In this document: positions 56,496-64,000 of the stretch, piece after piece | Position numbering within the stretch: position 1 is the first letter of the stretch | How the letters are laid out: each line of letters starts with the position of its first letter | Sequence record: PP456877.1 | DNA: 64,000 nucleotides | Reading direction: 5' to 3' (one strand) | The notes under the pieces: generated by a model | The model's database searches: none | Told to the model about the DNA's origin: nothing | What the model saw: the letters and a program-made list of their open reading frames with translations, nothing else | Made by a program: the position numbers and the translations under genes

Positions 56496-58739
56496 TCACG
56501 GCTTAAGATCAGCAAGCTTACCGTTGAACTGAGTTTCACCCATGACTTTCTGGAAGCCAGTGATCTTGAACTCTAGCGCGAACGGAATGTTGTTGACGTG
56601 TAGGTTGAACGGAATGGCCGCGATTTCGCGAGTAACCTGGTGACCACCACGAGTGATCGGTAGGTCAGCGATAACAGTAGATACGTAGAAGAACTGACCC
56701 CAGGAGAGGATGTCGTTTTCTTGTTGTACTGCGCGGGTCGGAATTACAACTAGCTTACCATCAAATAGCTGGTTGTTGGTGGAAACGATATCGTACTTGA
56801 GATAAGCACCTAGAGTACGGTCGTCACCTTTAGTCATTAGATAGTTAGCAATCTCTTTGTCGGAGCAGAAGAGATACATCGGAGTTTCATCCTGGTTACC
56901 GGAGATAACACGGAAGGCAGCTTCAATGTTGGAATCACGGTGAGCCGGGAATAGCTCAGCTTTAACACAGTTTAGGATCGCAGCGCAAACGTCGTCCCAA
57001 CGATCTTTAGACTTGATGGTGTCGATGACTTTCTCAAGATCTAGTTCTTTGTAACGATAGGTCGGACGCATTACAGCGGATAGTGCACCTTCGATGATAC
57101 CAAACTTCGGACGGTTGTAACCATTGTGTACAACTTCACGTAGTTGAGCAAGGTAGTTAAGCATGCGCTTAACAGCGTTGTTGCTGTTACGGATGTTGGT
57201 GTTAACAGTTAGAGCTTTAACAACCTCACCCGGACCTTCATCGGTCATGGTGTCCATCGGTAGAGTTACAGGAGCGTGCATCGGGATCGGATGACGGAAC
57301 TGTAGCGCACGGGTCTGTAGTAGGTGACCACGCTGACGACGGTTAGTGTTGGTGAAGCGAGTGTCTAGTTCGAAACCGATAACCGCTAGGTCAGTTAGCT
57401 GATCTAGAATAGCTTTAACAGCCGGGTCAGCATTATCCATTACCTGACCATCTTCGTTTAGAACTTTATCGACGTAAGTGTCGGTAGCACCAAACTTAGA
57501 ATCGCCTTTGGATAGGCTGATTGTACCACCAAAACCAACGCTTAGACGTAGGCTTAGTTTAGCGGTCTTAAGATCATTGATAACACCGTCAGCTGAACCA
57601 TCGATGAAAGTGGTATCGCCACTAACAACTAGATCGTCGCTATCGAAACGGATAACTGCGTTCCGGGTATCACCAACTAGATCGGGCTGGAACACAGCGC
57701 GAGGTAGACGGTCAACCTTGAACTTAACAACTTTACCGCCGAGTAGAACGAATAGGTTCTTTAGACGACCAGCCGGATCAATGGTGTCAGAAACTTCAAG
57801 CATGCCACGCTGAATGAGTAGGTTAGCATTGGAGTTACCCATTAGATCAAGACGTACGTTCGCTTTTAGCGGAGCAGTAGTGATAGTTAGGTTCTGCTCG
57901 TTCTTGATGGTGTACGGAGGAACAAGAGCCGGGTCTACGAAGAAGTCAGCATTGGAACCAGCCGGATCTAGGGCAGGAATTAGTGCAATGCTTTCGTCGT
58001 CGAGGATGGAAGGATCACGATAGGCTTCTACCATGTTCACTTCTTCGTTATCCATCTTAACGCCGGATACTTCGTGGTAAACGTCTTTCATTACAGCGAT
58101 GTAAGGAAGAACCTGAACAACACCACCTTCAATCGGGTTGATAACGGTGGTCGGATAGATACGCTCAGCGAATTCATCCTGACGGCTAGCAGCTAGGTTA
58201 TAACCAATAGTTACAACACGGAAATCACGCTGTGACTTCTCGTTATAGTTCTCTAGGCCAACACCATTTTCGAATACTTGAATGCCACCAGCAGGGCCAT
58301 TGAACTGATGCTGTACAACCTTAACATGATCTTCATTAGAAGCTTTAGCTTTGGTAATACCACGTAGTGCACGGATATATTTAGTTTCATCAGCACAGGC
58401 GATAGCAGCCATGGTAGCAGCAGTGATTTGGTTCTCACGGACACGTTCTTCACGAGCACGTACTTGAGGATCACTGGAACTTACTCGTTCGAAACCATAG
58501 TCGTTAACGAGCATTTGCATTTTGTTATAAATTGCAGCGGCATCTTGAATGTCGGTAGCTTGCACGGTACCGAAGTTTTCATGTGAAATGCTGCTAATAA
58601 GGGAACGACCTTGACTAACAACGCTGTCATTTAGACCAATTTCACTTTCTAGGCGGCCAATGAAATCTTCCATTGAGAAGACTTCGTAATTCTTTTCGCC
58701 TTTGTGTTTAAACAGTTCTCTTAGGGCATGTACGCTCAT
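56496..58739 (-). CDS. gp120: Major capsid protein (phiKZ gp120)
   Basis: 747 aa; MSVHALRELFKHKGEKNYEVFSME...VGLENYNEK; strong codon bias; matches the recalled phiKZ capsid protein. Confidence 0.95.
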   Translation of the reverse strand: MSVHALRELFKHKGEKNYEVFSMEDFIGRLESEIGLNDSVVSQGRSLISSISHENFGTVQATDIQDAAAIYNKMQMLVNDYGFERVSSSDPQVRAREERVRENQITAATMAAIACADETKYIRALRGITKAKASNEDHVKVVQHQFNGPAGGIQVFENGVGLENYNEKSQRDFRVVTIGYNLAASRQDEFAERIYPTTVINPIEGGVVQVLPYIAVMKDVYHEVSGVKMDNEEVNMVEAYRDPSILDDESIALIPALDPAGSNADFFVDPALVPPYTIKNEQNLTITTAPLKANVRLDLMGNSNANLLIQRGMLEVSDTIDPAGRLKNLFVLLGGKVVKFKVDRLPRAVFQPDLVGDTRNAVIRFDSDDLVVSGDTTFIDGSADGVINDLKTAKLSLRLSVGFGGTISLSKGDSKFGATDTYVDKVLNEDGQVMDNADPAVKAILDQLTDLAVIGFELDTRFTNTNRRQRGHLLQTRALQFRHPIPMHAPVTLPMDTMTDEGPGEVVKALTVNTNIRNSNNAVKRMLNYLAQLREVVHNGYNRPKFGIIEGALSAVMRPTYRYKELDLEKVIDTIKSKDRWDDVCAAILNCVKAELFPAHRDSNIEAAFRVISGNQDETPMYLFCSDKEIANYLMTKGDDRTLGAYLKYDIVSTNNQLFDGKLVVIPTRAVQQENDILSWGQFFYVSTVIADLPITRGGHQVTREIAAIPFNLHVNNIPFALEFKITGFQKVMGETQFNGKLADLKP

Positions 58740-58811
58740 TTTTTATTCCTACGTAGGATGAGTTTTTGGTTTAAAAATTTGGGTCTACTAAGCATCTTTT
58801 CCGGAATCAAC

Positions 58812-59345
58812 CTAGCAGCTCTCCAAATAATAGGTAAAAATTTGTGTTGACGCCACGGATTCACGTGGGCGGGTGTTCAACATTTCATTTATCATACTAT
58901 CAAAGAAAGTATGGTTAAGTTGAATTGAGACACGTCTAGGATCGCTACTTGCAATGTGCGCACTCTGCTGCACCGCAACCCACAGATTCTCATCTACAGG
59001 ATATAGGTAATAATCGTACACTAAATTACGGTTACCTGCATCCCTAAGTTCATTAGTCGCTAGGCGGCTCTCTAAACGATTGTGTAAATCCTTCATCTTA
59101 AATTGTTCAGGACCGTCTATTTCACCTAACTCAGCAACTTTGATTATCGGGCTTACTGCTAACTTAATATCTAGTTTTTCTGGTAATAGAAAGGGGAAAG
59201 CAGTTAAAGCCTGATGTATCTCCGCAAGATCATTTACGGAGGTTTCGGAAACTATATAGTTGGTGTCTAACAATTTGTTAAATTGTACACCTGCTGTTTT
59301 ATATGATTCAAAAACAGCTTTTGGCATAACCAGAACTTGGGTCAT
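58812..59345 (-). CDS. Virion protein (gp119-like)
   Basis: 177 aa, immediately upstream of the capsid gene. Confidence 0.75.
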   Translation of the reverse strand: MTQVLVMPKAVFESYKTAGVQFNKLLDTNYIVSETSVNDLAEIHQALTAFPFLLPEKLDIKLAVSPIIKVAELGEIDGPEQFKMKDLHNRLESRLATNELRDAGNRNLVYDYYLYPVDENLWVAVQQSAHIASSDPRRVSIQLNHTFFDSMINEMLNTRPRESVASTQIFTYYLESC

Positions 59346-59391
59346 TGTGAAAGTACCTATATTGTAACTTTAGGCTTTTGGGAACTGTCTA

Positions 59392-59395
59392 CATA
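59392..59395 (-). promoter_or_regulatory. Late promoter (P119L-like)
   Basis: ATTGCTATGTAGACAGTTCCC; the TATG late motif, in the context recalled from nvRNAP studies. Confidence 0.7.
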
Positions 59396-59484
59396 GCAAT
59401 ATAGCAAATACATTCACTAAAATTACTAGCTATCTAAATGATACACTGTACATCTCTTAATTTCACAATTGGAAATCTATAAAA

Positions 59485-61032
59485 ATGTCAAGTCCAAAAC
59501 AATTACTCGTTTCATGTATCACTCTATTATGTTTAGAAAATCGAGAAGATTCTCCAGTGGAACCATCCAATGAATTGGTTACTGAGATTCTTGATACTCT
59601 AAATGATAAGGGTGGTACATTAGATGTAGATCATGGTCGACAAACATTTTTAGATCTTCGTAATCTACTAGTGGATCTAAATAAGAAACAGAAAGCATAT
59701 TTCCCAGCTACCCAACAGGTATTACAATCACTACAAGTATGTTGTCGTGAAGAAAGTTATCTATACGATGCTGTTAAAAATGCAGTAGAAGAAGAATTTC
59801 CAAATGGCATGGCATTAGCCATGCGTGTAACTTCATATCGTCGTGATCTAAATAGCTACTTAGCTGATGAGAAGGTAAAAGCTATTGTAAAAGAATGTTC
59901 ATCAAAAATTCTTTTCAATAGAGGCTCTGCTGATATTCCGGCAATCATTAATGAAATGGCAACCAGAGCTGACCCATATATTCGCGCGCGTGCTGAAGAG
60001 AAACACCCAGCTGAAATGGGTGCACTTGATTTTGGTAATTTAGATTCTATTGAAGGCTTCTTTGAGGAAGCTAAAACTATTCTTTCCCCAAATGGTGCTT
60101 TCCGTACTGGATGGAAAGGTTTTAACAGGATGCTTGGTGATCTGGGTGCATTAAAACGTGGTGAATTTATTATCGGTGGTGGCCTACAACATCAATATAA
60201 ATCTGGCGTTTCTATGAGTCTATTTTGCCATGTGTGTCTATTTAATAAACCATACATGCGTGATATCAATAAGAAACCATTAGTAATGTTTATTACTCTT
60301 GAGAATGAGATTCCGGATAACCTTATTTTCATTTATGAGTATATTTACGAAAATGAAACAGGTATCAAGGTAGATCGTAGTTCTATTAGTAAAGCTGAAG
60401 CAGCTGAATATGTATCAGCTCGTCTCCGTGAAAATGGTTTTGAACCAGTAATGTATCGTTTTGACCCAACTGAATTTACGATTGCTGGTTTAGTTAACTA
60501 CCTAGATACATATCAAGCACGTGGTTATGAACTACAATATCTCTGCGTAGATTATCTAAACATGTTGCCTAAAACTGGATTAGTGACCAGTGTAGCAGGT
60601 GATGACGTTCGTCTCCTATTTAGGCGAATGCGTAACTATACTGCACCACGTGGTATCACATTCTTTAGTCCGCATCAGTTAAGTTCTCAGGCATTAGAAC
60701 TAATCAGGGATAATATCCCACCAGAAGACTTTGTTAAACAAGTTGCTAACAAAGGTTACTATGACGGTTGTCGCCGACTTGGACAAGAACCTGATCTGGA
60801 ATTCTTCTTCCACATTGTTAAAGTAAGTGGTAAGTATTATCTAACCGTACAACGTGGTAAACACCGTAACGTTGTAAGTGATAGTAAGCATCACTATTTT
60901 GTTATGCCGTTTGATCCAGACCGTATTGGTGGTATTAGATGGGATATCGATAAAGAAGAAAACAATTACATGGACTTTGTACCAAGTCTTAGCAATATGC
61001 AAGCCACTGGTGGAGATGACTGGGGATATTAA
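59485..61032 (+). CDS. dnaB: DnaB-like replicative helicase (gp118-like)
   Basis: RTGWKGFNRMLG, Walker A variant GGLQHQYKS, FITLEN, Walker B LCVDYL, SPHQLS. Confidence 0.88.
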   Translation: MSSPKQLLVSCITLLCLENREDSPVEPSNELVTEILDTLNDKGGTLDVDHGRQTFLDLRNLLVDLNKKQKAYFPATQQVLQSLQVCCREESYLYDAVKNAVEEEFPNGMALAMRVTSYRRDLNSYLADEKVKAIVKECSSKILFNRGSADIPAIINEMATRADPYIRARAEEKHPAEMGALDFGNLDSIEGFFEEAKTILSPNGAFRTGWKGFNRMLGDLGALKRGEFIIGGGLQHQYKSGVSMSLFCHVCLFNKPYMRDINKKPLVMFITLENEIPDNLIFIYEYIYENETGIKVDRSSISKAEAAEYVSARLRENGFEPVMYRFDPTEFTIAGLVNYLDTYQARGYELQYLCVDYLNMLPKTGLVTSVAGDDVRLLFRRMRNYTAPRGITFFSPHQLSSQALELIRDNIPPEDFVKQVANKGYYDGCRRLGQEPDLEFFFHIVKVSGKYYLTVQRGKHRNVVSDSKHHYFVMPFDPDRIGGIRWDIDKEENNYMDFVPSLSNMQATGGDDWGY

Positions 61033-61035
61033 CAA

Positions 61036-61061
61036 CATAAAGCTCTCCCTTCGGGGAGAGC
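61036..61061 (+). terminator. Hairpin terminator
   Basis: GCTCTCCC-ttcg-GGGAGAGC. Confidence 0.75.
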
Positions 61062-61086
61062 ACTATAATTTTAATAGGTAATCTAA

Positions 61087-61455
61087 ATGAGTGCAATTGA
61101 TAATTTAGTAAATACTTTAAGAAAAAATATTAGTGAATGTAGAAAGTTTAATCGCCCTCTATTTGCACGTGTATATGCCGCATCACAAAATTACGATAAA
61201 ATCCGTTATGCTGTAGCAGAAGAAGCCCATTATTTTAAATATGGGAAATATGCAGAGGGTAATAATTTAAACATTGATGAACTCATCAGTGATCTTTATT
61301 TATATTACACTATTTACGTTGATATTATCCGTAAACCATTACCCGATCCTAATGGGGATTTTATCAGTATCGTAAACCAAGATCACTATACACACATCTA
61401 CTGGGATTTAGATCGGTGTGAATCTATTCCAGATGATGTAAAGGAGTTAATGTAA
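61087..61455 (+). CDS. Hypothetical protein
   Basis: 122 aa; AGGT RBS. Confidence 0.7.
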   Translation: MSAIDNLVNTLRKNISECRKFNRPLFARVYAASQNYDKIRYAVAEEAHYFKYGKYAEGNNLNIDELISDLYLYYTIYVDIIRKPLPDPNGDFISIVNQDHYTHIYWDLDRCESIPDDVKELM

Positions 61456-61456
61456 T

Positions 61457-61693
61457 ATGTACTATGGTAATGTTTATATTATCTTTATTGGTGGTTTATT
61501 AATATTTATCCTAGGATTGGTATTTGGAGGAATACTGGGAGAAGAGAACAATAACGTATATAAACTCAAATCCCAACAATTTGAATACTGCGTTAAAAAT
61601 AAACAATCAAAAAATAATGACAGTGAAAATATCCAAGTTATTAAAGTATGCGCAGAGTCTATTGTACTCCTATATCCAACTAATGAAAAATAA
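61457..61693 (+). CDS. Small membrane protein
   Basis: AAGGAG RBS; TM segment YIIFIGGLLIFILGLVFGGIL; two Cys in the soluble part. Confidence 0.7.
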   Translation: MYYGNVYIIFIGGLLIFILGLVFGGILGEENNNVYKLKSQQFEYCVKNKQSKNNDSENIQVIKVCAESIVLLYPTNEK

Positions 61694-61702
61694 AGCATTT
61701 TA

Positions 61703-61725
61703 GCCCTCTTAGGAGGGCTTTTATG
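61703..61725 (+). terminator. Hairpin terminator
   Basis: GCCCTC-ttag-GAGGGC-TTTTATG. Confidence 0.7.
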
Positions 61726-62307
61726 TCGTATGGCTAATATGCTAGTGAATAATGAATAAAATCGATTATAGAGCAAATTAGAAGGTATTAAAGGCATAAA
61801 GAAAGTCTATCTCTAGACTTATTATTTTTAATTAAAAAAATATAATCTATACTGTGTCTCCTTTTAGGGAGACAGTATGTTTTAGCTAACGCTATTAGAA
61901 TAATGCTAATATTATTTATTATTAGAATAAGGATATACCTTCGGTATAGTTTATTATGAAATAAAAGCCCCTACGGGGCGATCCGATTCCTCAGTTCCAC
62001 ATTAGGTAATATTCATGAGTAATATTTAATTACCAGTATCATTGAGTAATACTGGTAATAATATACTAGATTATTAACAATATGTATTGATCATTCTGAT
62101 TAAGTCAAATTAGCTAATAAACAAATCAATTATCAACGAGTGATAACTGGTATTGATTACTAGCTAAAGAGATTAATTAGGATATCTACATGAGGAGTCG
62201 CTACCCCATGTATTCTGGAGTTTCTCTTTAGCGGGAGACTTAACTCCACTTGGGAGCCGCTTTAGCGGGCGGCTCTCACTTAAACAAAAAAAAGAATTCA
62301 GATAAGT
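61726..62307. other. Long non-coding, hairpin-dense AT-rich region (ncRNA or origin candidate)
   Basis: About 580 bp without a credible ORF; at least seven inverted repeats. Confidence 0.5.
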
Positions 62308-62327
62308 CCCTCTCCTTTAGGAGAGGG
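62308..62327 (-). terminator. Hairpin terminator
   Basis: CCCTCTCCT-tt-AGGAGAGGG. Confidence 0.7.
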
Positions 62328-62335
62328 GTTGTTTA

Positions 62336-62641
62336 TCATAGGCTTCTCCTTTCGGTTACATAGAACTTCTTCTGATCCATGTCAGTGTATGTTACTATGA
62401 AATTGTCGAAGGGGTTGATGGATACGGCTAAACCTGCGTTGTTGACGTATCCTATTGTAGGGCCAGCCCAATAACCAATGAAGTTACCTCTACGATCTCG
62501 ACATTGGATAACATTATCGGCTTGCGTTTTCGCAACCGACATGCTATGGGTTGATCCATCGGGTCTCTTGAAAAAGAAACCTACTTCCTGCATTCTGTGC
62601 AGGTCAGGGCTAACATTGTTAGCGGTAACTGGAATTAACAT
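62336..62641 (-). CDS. Hypothetical protein
   Basis: 101 aa; AGAGGA RBS. Confidence 0.75.
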   Translation of the reverse strand: MLIPVTANNVSPDLHRMQEVGFFFKRPDGSTHSMSVAKTQADNVIQCRDRRGNFIGYWAGPTIGYVNNAGLAVSINPFDNFIVTYTDMDQKKFYVTERRSL

Positions 62642-62771
62642 GATTGTTCCTCTTGTTAATCCAAGCCCACTTGGGCGAAAATGTTGAGTATTTTTTACTC
62701 AACGGCATATAGCCCTACTGTTACAGCAGTAGGGCTAATTCTTTTATTCTTAAAAGTTTAACTGAATAAAT

Positions 62772-62798
62772 GCCCTCTCCCGAAGGAGAGGGCTTATG
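62772..62798 (-). terminator. Hairpin terminator
   Basis: GCCCTCTCC-cgaa-GGAGAGGGC; UUCG loop on the minus strand. Confidence 0.78.
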
Positions 62799-62806
62799 TC
62801 GTTAAT

Positions 62807-63082
62807 TTATTTAACCAGCGATGTTTCCCTAACACGAGAGATGCATAAATAATTACTGTAATCGCTGGGGTCGTACTCATCATACCCTAGACAACTTGTA
62901 TGAATATATTCAGTACTGATATTAATCATATCAAGAGTAATACCATCACCCCATTTCTTAGTTGCCATCTCGATAATATCGGCGATAGTATTGGCTACAT
63001 AACAATCACCCAAGATATAAAAGGTATCTTCGGTATCATCCGGACGAAAATGACGAATACCATTCTGTGTATATTCACCCAT
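62807..63082 (-). CDS. Hypothetical protein
   Basis: 91 aa; GAGGA RBS. Confidence 0.75.
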   Translation of the reverse strand: MGEYTQNGIRHFRPDDTEDTFYILGDCYVANTIADIIEMATKKWGDGITLDMINISTEYIHTSCLGYDEYDPSDYSNYLCISRVRETSLVK

Positions 63083-63083
63083 G

Positions 63084-63227
63084 TTAATTATCCTCTTTTC
63101 CTTCTTGAGTATGATGAGTGGGCTCTACCCAGTAAAAATCAATAAACAGATCAACTGGTTTACAGCCAACCATCTCGCTGTCATCGGCCCATTTACTTTC
63201 ATCTACGATAATTTCTTCATTAGTCAT
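63084..63227 (-). CDS. Small acidic protein (47 aa) missed by the ORF track
   Basis: AAGGAG RBS; MTNEEIIVDESKWADDSEMVGCKPVDLFIDFYWVEPTHHTQEGKEDN*. Confidence 0.7.
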   Translation of the reverse strand: MTNEEIIVDESKWADDSEMVGCKPVDLFIDFYWVEPTHHTQEGKEDN

Positions 63228-63266
63228 TTGTATTTCTCCTTATTTACTATAGTAAATATTGTTTAG

Positions 63267-63479
63267 TTACATAGTCCAATTAGTGGCTTCATCAACCATA
63301 TCAGCTGCTTTTTTATCAGAAGCATTCCAGAGTTTATCAGCCCATTCTTTATCCATTTCATTTTGGATATTTTCAAGACGCATGTAATTATGCCATGCCT
63401 GACCCAGTCGAAGATTCTTATTATTTTTGTAATAAATTCCAAACTCACCACGAACTGATGCAGGAATTGAAATAGTCAC
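63267..63479 (-). CDS. Hypothetical protein
   Basis: 70 aa; GTG start with AAGGAG; GTGA overlap with the upstream gene. Confidence 0.72.
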   Translation of the reverse strand: MTISIPASVRGEFGIYYKNNKNLRLGQAWHNYMRLENIQNEMDKEWADKLWNASDKKAADMVDEATNWTM

Positions 63480-63637
63480 TTTATAATCTCCTTAGTTACT
63501 ATCTGACGTGCTTCTTTATAAGAAATATTCGGATTATCATTGATGTATTTAAGAACTTTCTGATGTATAATATTCTCTCGCTCAGTTAGTTCTTTTACTA
63601 CTCTTTTAAAATAACCTGGTGATCGTTTCATAGTCAT
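63476..63637 (-). CDS. Small basic protein (53 aa) missed by the ORF track
   Basis: ATGA overlap at its start and GTGA overlap at its end; MTMKRSPGYFKRVVKELTERENIIHQKVLKYINDNPNISYKEARQIVTKEIIK*. Confidence 0.72.
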   Translation of the reverse strand: MTMKRSPGYFKRVVKELTERENIIHQKVLKYINDNPNISYKEARQIVTKEIIK

Positions 63638-63921
63638 GGTTCTTCGATTAACAAGTTATTTGCCTCGAAAAAGAATGGGGCTGACCAGCTATAATCTGGT
63701 TCATTTACCAGTTTTACACTGTTCTTGGTTTTGATAATCTTGCGATCATACCGCCAGTTTTGTGGTCCATGTTTAGGAATAGTGTAGTATTCACCATCGG
63801 GTAGATTAGTGGCTTTTTCCCATCCGAGTTCTTTAATGCTAAACTTTTTATCAGTTGTCATTTTCTTTATTTCCTTGCTGTCATGAAACCACCCGGTGGC
63901 CGTATCAAGCTGCGTCCCCAT
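63634..63921 (-). CDS. Hypothetical protein
   Basis: 95 aa; an internal start MTTDKK after AAGGA is also possible. Confidence 0.65.
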   Translation of the reverse strand: MGTQLDTATGWFHDSKEIKKMTTDKKFSIKELGWEKATNLPDGEYYTIPKHGPQNWRYDRKIIKTKNSVKLVNEPDYSWSAPFFFEANNLLIEEP

Positions 63922-63924
63922 GGT

Positions 63925-63999
63925 TTATACTGCACGTGGGATCACTGATATCTCAAGAGTCAGATCAGCAGCGTCCAGTAGGTTTACCAGGGCGTCCAG
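63925..63999 (-). CDS. 3' end of a gene starting beyond the window, possibly XRE-HTH-like
   Basis: ...LDALVNLLDAADLTLEISVIPRAV*. Confidence 0.45.
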   Translation of the reverse strand: MDALVNLLDAADLTLEISVIPRAV

Positions 64000-64000
64000 A

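Noticed and set aside
56432-56498. UGA plus downstream hairpin read as a selenocysteine (SECIS) signal
   Set aside because: In bacterial SECIS elements the apical stem-loop begins about 11 nt after the UGA, whereas here it begins about 27 nt away. There is also no redox motif around the position. Generic readthrough is more parsimonious, but MS should still test for Sec.
56415-56520. Ribosomal frameshift as the route to the capsid extension
   Set aside because: Base-by-base counting shows the RYLENG peptide is in the same frame as the capsid gene, so no shift is needed.
57478-58023. Plus-strand ORFs antisense to the capsid gene
   Set aside because: These are expected shadows of strong codon bias. 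They lack an RBS and any recognisable protein features.
61474-61797. 107-aa minus-strand ORF
   Set aside because: It is antisense to a better-supported gene with an RBS and crosses a terminator.
61726-62307. CRISPR array or tRNA cluster in the long intergenic region
   Set aside because: There is no repeat-spacer periodicity and no cloverleaf with T-loop/D-loop consensus or CCA end.

Overview
This window is an AT-rich segment of a phiKZ-like Pseudomonas jumbo phage (Phikzvirus/Chimalliviridae), lying in reverse orientation relative to phiKZ gene numbering. It runs from about gp174 at the left edge to beyond gp118 at the right. The gp numbers come from recalled gene order and protein sizes, not from a database search. 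Virion genes include the major capsid protein, portal, PAAR/spike, head and inner-body proteins, a tail-fibre paralogue array and two collagen-associated fibre proteins. Other genes include two split RNA polymerase beta-like subunits (virion and non-virion), DnaB, RecA/UvsX, SbcC, RNase H, RuvC, the gp144 endolysin with overlapping spanins, and small early genes. No tRNA, rRNA, CRISPR array, integrase or reverse transcriptase was seen. The most striking observation is at the major capsid gene. Its UGA stop is followed in frame by 25 sense codons and a UAG-UAA double stop. Those codons encode an R-x-L-E-(N/D)-G triple repeat that also forms the C-terminus of the separate gp143-like virion protein. 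A long hairpin starts 8 nt after the UGA. Together this suggests programmed stop-codon readthrough that makes a tagged minor capsid isoform. Further candidates for follow-up are a second spanin-like membrane/lipoprotein pair, a pair of 2OG-Fe(II) oxygenase-like genes near collagen-like fibres, a hairpin+TATG terminator family, a duplicated early promoter and a hairpin-dense intergenic region downstream of DnaB.
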